Shown here: positions 59,201 to 64,000 of the stretch, in pieces
Layout: the number at the start of each line of letters is the position of its first letter
Numbering within the stretch: the stretch's first letter is position 1
NCBI GenBank assembly: GCA_028280845.1
Contig: JANQKZ010000032.1
Span: 74,490-138,489, forward strand
Length of the DNA: 64,000 nt
Direction of reading: 5' to 3'
Source of the DNA: Opitutales bacterium
Lineage (GTDB): Bacteria; Verrucomicrobiota; Verrucomicrobiia; Opitutales; JABSRG01
Notes under the pieces: generated by a model
What the model was told of the DNA's origin: nothing
Databases searched by the model: none
Seen by the model: the letters and a program-made list of their open reading frames with translations, nothing else
Made by a program: the position numbers and the translations under genes

Positions 59201-59532
59201 TCTCGCTCGGATTCGGGCAGGTCCCGATACTCCGTGGACCCAGCTGGTGGAAACGGTCGGAACTCTGGGGCGGCCCGTAAAAACGACAACACATCCTTTT
59301 CCGAATAACGCTGTTTTAGAATATCTCTTCGCTTGTAATTACCCGCCTCCTCTTTCGTGGTCGTGCGGATGTGAGATGTCGGGTTATATTTGGGAGCGGT
59401 GTCCTTGGCCTCCCGCGTCATATCCGGCTTCATTGTCTCGCGGGAATAAGTAAAACTGCCGACGTCCTTTGAAGTAAGAGAGAGGGGAAGGCCAAGCAGA
59501 AGGAACGGTAGAAAAGAAGGGAAAACTCTCAT
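56227..59532 (-). CDS. Heparinase II/III-like polysaccharide lyase (PL33-like) fused to a BNR-4-type beta-propeller
   Basis: NNWSPW, DGGCEEGPAYW, NFADA, KGGYNAESHNHND; C-terminal NHAGPAL..GPHHGP, TYPSL, Asp-boxes SEDGGKSW and STDSGNSF. Confidence 0.82.
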   Translation of the reverse strand: MRVFPSFLPFLLLGLPLSLTSKDVGSFTYSRETMKPDMTREAKDTAPKYNPTSHIRTTTKEEAGNYKRRDILKQRYSEKDVLSFLRAAPEFRPFPPAGSTEYRDLPESEREAIIQAAEAFLDYDWPTLTATLFLNFYETGSNTAYHQAYFTRLKALETLLYAEILEGQGRFIRDIANGVWALCEQTTWANPAHLNVEFPGAGLPSPEQPIVALVAAEAAALLATTEYFFGANLDEINPMFRQRMRYEVNRQLLEPFLNRTDYWWMAYEKPFTNNWSPWITSNYLLCALVFHESDEALAEHVSKALDVLDRFINVYPDDGGCEEGPAYWDHAGGRMLDCLRLLYQATGGKIDIYDEPLIREMGNFMWYASINPPWYVNFADAFAKYTPEPGILFRYGKAVGSENLKAFAAKMPRKPFLTRNRPEYVFLRQLPNIFVRKELESYNKPFEPSPFIVLDDLETVYIRESTDTASGFYLAAKGGYNAESHNHNDVGNFIVFLDGEPLLVDTGVGTYTSKTFSEQRYEIWSMQSSYHNLPDINKQAQPHMIQWRSDSFESTNTLEEARVNMEITSAYPPEANLETYSRHFRFQRAAGRILLKEDLRFRSGTSGSKRNEVDFHFMTHHIPSQGSSPGTLYLTHPDTGKRRAMVSYPADLDVLVTEISLEDPRMEDSWGDTLYRITLNHIFPAGGRERAFEFEVARYAGLEKERLSRTGSTRATAYGMSHKIVDWKDSRVVGWLDQPARIMVNRLDKDTGQWGEPIQIGEGMSNHAGPALTRDSRGIIHAVFGPHHGPFVHRYTLNAGDPESWSDPVEFGNMGTYPSLVCAPDDTLHLTYRSSGTDPWRVLYQQHPPGGTWSEPVALFENDVLDYMWTGHSIAVDSSGHLHLVYCLYELEAKRGKSIHYLKSEDGGKSWINQDRQPMALPTQYGDASTILKDPEMDIRIKSTVIGPDGQPWFLTNELARQPRSVVLRHLVGDEWKTVDLLPFVEAAFPGKEPIDGTFTFDEQGRLVAVVTIHDAQPADNTHWGHPSSEVILMVSTDSGNSFHVERVSEPDPDTPSWMGSMQRPVNHEPIASPTFLYTTGGPGEGVHGGPNTEVWYVNWE

Positions 59533-59724
59533 GGTAGTGGGATCTGAAAGATGCGAAAGAAATGTCGTTACGCCGTTCTCTAAGAGCTTTCCTTTCCCTT
59601 GTCAGGTCTTGCCGCCTGTTTAAGGTAAAGCACCCGATCTCACTTCATTCATTTGCCGCCTCAGGAAACCTGATAACCTGATAAGGTGCAAGGCACGGGA
59701 ATGATCCCGGCCCACCATCTAGCG

Positions 59725-60044
59725 ATGCGTCGTCTTCCCTTCATCCGGGTTCACTTCCTCCTCTTGCTCCTTTTCCCTCCCCTGGTGGGGATATCAACCG
59801 GGCCTTCCCCTTCGCTCCGGCCATCCACGGCGGTTCCGGTGTCCGAGACGAATCGCAAATGACGCCGGAATTGAGGAAAGCCTATACCGATGCCCTCGAC
59901 CGTGCCCTTCAGGCTGGAGGAGGCGCAGGCGGATTGGACGAACAAGGCAATATCGCCATGTCCTACACCGGTGATGGCATGTATCGCGGATTCGCCAAAC
60001 AGGATGGACAGGCACATATCTTCATTTACGAAGACGAAGCATAG
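59725..60044 (+). pseudogene. Isoaspartyl peptidase/L-asparaginase (IaaA) remnant with frameshift and internal deletion
   Basis: Signal-like start at 59725 is out of frame with AIHGGSG..MTPELRKAYTDALDRALQAG, which runs directly into GGAGGLDEQGNIAM...GMYRG...IY, the IaaA C-terminal motif. Confidence 0.8.
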
Positions 60045-60056
60045 CCCGCAGGCCCC

Positions 60057-61208
60057 TCACCAGCCGTTAATCCGCGGCCAGACCGCCTCTATCCTGGTAT
60101 TTCCCGTCCGCACGACGTGGTAGGCCTCGTAAGCAGCTGCCGTCATGCAGGCATGATTGGGGAGGATGCGCAGGCGTGAACCGATCGGGTATGCTTCCCA
60201 ATCAATGGGCCCTTCTATGGACGCGAGGATACCATGCTCCTGGTTGACGTCGCGAACCTGCAACCTCGGTCGTATCTCTCTTTGGTCCAGCTGAGTTGCC
60301 AGGCCATAACCATAATCCACTGGCTGGTTCGCCGTGCCCCGGTCCTTGGAGAGGGCAAGACCTCCTGCATCCACAAGCAGCCAGCCCCGATCCTTTTTAT
60401 GGCCAATAACCGTGGTCACCACAGACAGGACAATGTCCTCTGGCCGGCACACCCCGATATTCGCCTGAACCAGGTCCTGAAAGACATACACCCCGGCCCG
60501 GATTTCGGTCAACCCCTCCCGGGTGGTCCCGGAGAGCGCGGTCGGGGTGGATCCTACGCTGACGATCTCACAGGGCAGGTCAGCCGATCGAAGACGGTCG
60601 GCCGCCAGAACCGCCCCGGCCCGTTCCTGCTCAGCCATCGCCTCCAGGGACGCCGGATCGTTCAACGTATAACTTTCCCCGGCATGGGTCAGCACCCCCA
60701 TTAACCGGAGGGCGGGTTCCCGATCGATCTGCGTCCCCAGGGTGAGGACTTGCGGATCCCCGGGGACCAGCCCTGACCGGTGCCCATCGGTATCCAGCTC
60801 AATCAGCAGGTCCAGGGTGATTCCTTCACTTTGGGCCGCCTGGCCCAGGGCCACAGCATTCGAGACATCGTCCACCAGAAAACGCATCACGGCCCCCTCA
60901 CGGACCAGGGCTGCCGCCCGTGCTACCTTGCCCGGAGACATTCCGACCCCATACAAAATATCATTATACCCTCCTTCGAAGAAATACTCCGCCTCTTTTA
61001 AGGTAGACACCGTGATCCCTTCCCGTCGGTTACCCATAATCTCTCGAGCTACATCCAGGCTTTTGCAGGTCTTCAGATGGGGCCGTAGCGGCAGGGGGTC
61101 CGTTCGCTCCACCATCGTCTGAATATTCGCCTTCATCCGGTCATAGTCGAGGACGAGCGCCGGAGTAAAAACCTCCGATAAGGTTGCTGCGGTTGATTCT
61201 GTCGCCAT
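60057..61208 (-). CDS. DSD1-family fold-III PLP enzyme, resembling D-threo-3-hydroxyaspartate dehydratase
   Basis: TPALVLD, RPHLKT (PLP Lys), DTDGHRSG, THAG.SY, GSTPT, RAGVY, NQEHG, PNHAC. Confidence 0.88.
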   Translation of the reverse strand: MATESTAATLSEVFTPALVLDYDRMKANIQTMVERTDPLPLRPHLKTCKSLDVAREIMGNRREGITVSTLKEAEYFFEGGYNDILYGVGMSPGKVARAAALVREGAVMRFLVDDVSNAVALGQAAQSEGITLDLLIELDTDGHRSGLVPGDPQVLTLGTQIDREPALRLMGVLTHAGESYTLNDPASLEAMAEQERAGAVLAADRLRSADLPCEIVSVGSTPTALSGTTREGLTEIRAGVYVFQDLVQANIGVCRPEDIVLSVVTTVIGHKKDRGWLLVDAGGLALSKDRGTANQPVDYGYGLATQLDQREIRPRLQVRDVNQEHGILASIEGPIDWEAYPIGSRLRILPNHACMTAAAYEAYHVVRTGNTRIEAVWPRINGW

Positions 61209-61311
61209 AATGCTATGGTATTGAATGCACCCGGGTTTCAGAGGCAAGCATGCTCGAAGGGTGCTCGGAATCTTCACCTCCCCTCACTCATCTCAACCCC
61301 TACTCCCTCTC

Positions 61312-61689
61312 GTGGACCCCATCTCAACGGATCAAGCACCTGCCCCCGCAGGCCACTACTCCCAGGGCATAGCCCATGGTCAGCTTATTTATGTCTCCGG
61401 CCAACTCCCCATTGACCCTGCTACTGGAGCTAAGTCCCAGGGCAGCCTGGCGGAACAGACCCGGCTCGTTCTGCAAAATGTCGATGCCATCCTGCGGGCT
61501 GGGGGCAGCTCCCTCCAGCACACACTGAAGCTCACGGTCTATATTTCCGACATTGCCCACTGGGATGAAGTCAACCGGGTCTACGCAGAAATGCTGGGGG
61601 AGCATAAGCCCGCGCGGGCCATTGTTCCCACCCGTGAACTGCATTTCGGCTTGGGCATCGAGATCGATGCTGTGGCCGCTATTCCTTAG
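61312..61689 (+). CDS. RidA family enamine/imine deaminase
   Basis: APAPAGHYSQ, VSGQLP, PAR (catalytic Arg), IEIDAVA; GTG start. Confidence 0.92.
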   Translation: MDPISTDQAPAPAGHYSQGIAHGQLIYVSGQLPIDPATGAKSQGSLAEQTRLVLQNVDAILRAGGSSLQHTLKLTVYISDIAHWDEVNRVYAEMLGEHKPARAIVPTRELHFGLGIEIDAVAAIP

Positions 61690-63127
61690 GCAGATCCTGG
61701 CGCTCCCAAAAGGGGGCACGCTTCAAGCCGATATCTTCGCTGTGGAAGTCAGGATCCAGCCCTTTGGCCCGCTTGGTTTCATAGTCCCGCAAACACCGGA
61801 TGGCCAATGGCGAAAGCAATAAAATCGCGATGATGTTGACCCAGGCCATCAGCCCGACCCCGATGTCTCCCAGCGCCCAGGCCAGGCTGGCCCCTTTCAC
61901 GGTGCCAAACACCACCACCCCGAGAAAGATCACCTTGATGATCGAAAACACCACCTTGCGCGCCGGGCTGTCGTTCTTCATTAGATAGGCCACATTGTTC
62001 TCTGTATAAAAATAGTAGGCCATCAGGGTGGTGAAGGCGAAAAAGAACAACGCGATCGCCACGAAGGCACTGCCGAACCCGGGCGCCAGGCTGTCGACCG
62101 CGGCCTGAGTGAACTGGGGCCCTTCCTCAACCCCCGGCAGGCCCTCCACGTGGAATCCGCCCTCCGGGTGTTTCACATTGTAGGAGCCAGTAACGAGGAT
62201 CATCAAAGCGGTGGCCGTGCAGACAAACCAGGTATCAAAGTAGACCGAAAACGCCTGGACCAGGCCCTGGGAGGCCGGGTGTTTAACCTCCGCGGCGGCC
62301 GCCGCCATGGGCGCGGTGCCCTGCCCCGCTTCATTGGAGTAGATCCCCCGCTTCACCCCCCAGCTGATCGCCATGCCCAGCATCCCCCCAAAGGCAGAGT
62401 CCATCGCGAAGGCGTTGACGAGGATGAGTTTGAGGATGCCGGGGATCTCCGGCAGGTTGGCCAGCACCACCGCAATCGCCAGAAGGATGTATCCTCCAGC
62501 CATGATCGGAACCAGCATCTGGGCCGCCAGTCCGATTCGCTTGACGCCGCCAAATATGATCAACCCCAAACCCACCGCCACAACGGCCCCGCTCACGATC
62601 GGGTCAATTTGAAAGGCCTGCTCCAGTGCCACCCCGATGCTGTTGGACTGGATCCCGGGCAGACAGATCCCCGTTCCAACGATCGTGCAGAGCGCAAAGA
62701 GGATGGCATACCACTTCCAGCCCAAGCCTCGCTCAATGTAGTAAGCGGGCCCCCCTCGATATTGCCCATCCACCCGCTCCTTAAACAGCTGAGCCAGCGT
62801 GGCCTCCGCGTAGGCCGAACCCGCCCCGAGGAAGGCGATGACCCACATCCAGAAGACCGCTCCCGGCCCTCCCATCGCGATCGCCGTCGCCACTCCCGCG
62901 ATATTTCCCGTGCCGACCCGTCCCGATACCGCCAGGGCAAAGGCCTGGAAGGAGCTCACCCCCTGTTCCGACGATCCCCCGCGAAAGAGATAGTTGACCA
63001 TGTCCTTGAGGTGACGCACCTGCAGGAACCGCGTGATGATCGAAAAATAGAGTCCAGCTCCCAGGCATAAGGCAATAAGGACAGGACTCCAGATAAGGGA
63101 ATTTATAAAATCGACAACTTCAGTCAT
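61679..63127 (-). CDS. Alanine/glycine:cation symporter (AGCS/AlsT family)
   Basis: SSFQA, RVGTGNIAGVA, GGPGAVFWMW, GGPAYY, RGIYSNEAGQG. Confidence 0.95.
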   Translation of the reverse strand: MTEVVDFINSLIWSPVLIALCLGAGLYFSIITRFLQVRHLKDMVNYLFRGGSSEQGVSSFQAFALAVSGRVGTGNIAGVATAIAMGGPGAVFWMWVIAFLGAGSAYAEATLAQLFKERVDGQYRGGPAYYIERGLGWKWYAILFALCTIVGTGICLPGIQSNSIGVALEQAFQIDPIVSGAVVAVGLGLIIFGGVKRIGLAAQMLVPIMAGGYILLAIAVVLANLPEIPGILKLILVNAFAMDSAFGGMLGMAISWGVKRGIYSNEAGQGTAPMAAAAAEVKHPASQGLVQAFSVYFDTWFVCTATALMILVTGSYNVKHPEGGFHVEGLPGVEEGPQFTQAAVDSLAPGFGSAFVAIALFFFAFTTLMAYYFYTENNVAYLMKNDSPARKVVFSIIKVIFLGVVVFGTVKGASLAWALGDIGVGLMAWVNIIAILLLSPLAIRCLRDYETKRAKGLDPDFHSEDIGLKRAPFWERQDLPKE

Positions 63128-63374
63128 AGCGTAGCCGTGGCTTGATTTACCAAAGGAAATCCAAGCTCGGTCAAACCCGTAATCCTCTCCTTGCTGAATC
63201 TACATCCGACCAGCCCTACCCATCACCACCCAGGCCTACTCATTACCAATGGTTAAAAGATGAATTCCCTCCACTAATGGCAGAACGGTACACTCTAAAT
63301 TAGCTTCTACTTCTCCTCGCAGTTTCCTTATGATGCTTTTGCAAAAAAGTAGTTCTATCCCATACCCCAATACC

Positions 63375-64000
63375 ATGCTCAACATAGCACTCTTCGGTCC
63401 TCCCGGCGCAGGCAAAGGCACGCAATCGGATCATCTGATCAGTCGGTACAATCTCGGCTACATTTCCACCGGGGAAATCCTCCGGAACGAATTGAAGCAG
63501 GATTCTGACCTGGGCCGCCAGGCCCGCGACATCATTGCGGCCGGGGAGTTGGTCTCGGATGAGATCATCGTACAGATCCTGGAAAAAACGATCGCCGCCC
63601 ACCCCCATGCCAACGGCTTCCTCTTCGACGGCTTCCCCCGGACTACCATCCAAGCCTACATCCTGGAAGGATTGATGACCAAGCTGAACACCCAGCTCGA
63701 CTGCCTCATCAATCTCGACGTTCCGGAAGAGGAATCGGTCCGCCGCCTGCTGGAGCGGGGCAAAACTTCCGGGCGCAGCGACGACAACGAGGAAGTGATC
63801 CGCAACCGGCTCAAAGAATACGAAAAAAAGACCCTCCCCGTCCTCGACTTCTACGAAGACCGTGGATTGCGGATCGATGTCAATGGCACAGGTACCATCC
63901 AGGGGGTGCAGGACACCATCGAATCCATCGCCCACGAGCAGTACACCAAGCGACCGGTCAGCCTGGTCGTGTTTGGTTATCCCGGCTCCGGACGTGGATC
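63375..64000 (+). CDS. adk: Adenylate kinase, short-LID type, apparently with a second tandem domain; 3' partial
   Basis: Not in the ORF track because it has no stop in the window; manual translation gives MLNIALFGPPGAGKGTQ, ISTG, FDGFPRT, GRSDDN, then continues into LVVFGYPGSGRG. Confidence 0.92.
   Translation, partial: MLNIALFGPPGAGKGTQSDHLISRYNLGYISTGEILRNELKQDSDLGRQARDIIAAGELVSDEIIVQILEKTIAAHPHANGFLFDGFPRTTIQAYILEGLMTKLNTQLDCLINLDVPEEESVRRLLERGKTSGRSDDNEEVIRNRLKEYEKKTLPVLDFYEDRGLRIDVNGTGTIQGVQDTIESIAHEQYTKRPVSLVVFGYPGSGRG

Noticed and set aside
63300-63935. 211-aa minus-strand ORF
   Set aside because: Shadow of adk on the plus strand, which the ORF track missed because it has no stop in the window.

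Overview
GC-rich bacterial chromosomal segment. The TonB-dependent receptor style, LacI type and C-rich non-Shine-Dalgarno leaders suggest Verrucomicrobiota/Opitutae (inference). It is dominated by catabolism of sulfated or acidic glycans and sugars: four Cys-type sulfatases; GH2, GH3, GH88, GH28-like and GH136-like enzymes; a heparinase II/III (PL33-like)-BNR fusion; DUF1080, Gfo/Idh/MocA and TIM-barrel proteins; a TBDR, an SSS symporter and a LacI regulator. It also holds a TetR-RND efflux unit, a D-amino-acid module (DSD1 family, RidA, AGCS) and the start of an apparently two-domain adenylate kinase. I saw no rRNA, tRNA, CRISPR array, transposase or reverse transcriptase. Main observations: (1) a ~480-bp AT-rich cassette carrying a four-helix-bundle (IVS/Avd-like) gene between two in-register five-heptad inverted arms, antisense inside an operon, with one arm encoding the N-terminus of the next gene and empty repeat-built hairpins at the operon's other junctions; (2) a GH136-like beta-helix plus LnbY-like partner in a SusD-less glycan locus linked by a three-copy palindromic operator; (3) two genes (PhoD, IaaA) reduced to their 5' and 3' ends; (4) two paralogous unknown proteins with TonB-C-like tails; (5) a ~170-nt candidate structured RNA. 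All family calls come from motif recognition by eye; no database searches were run.
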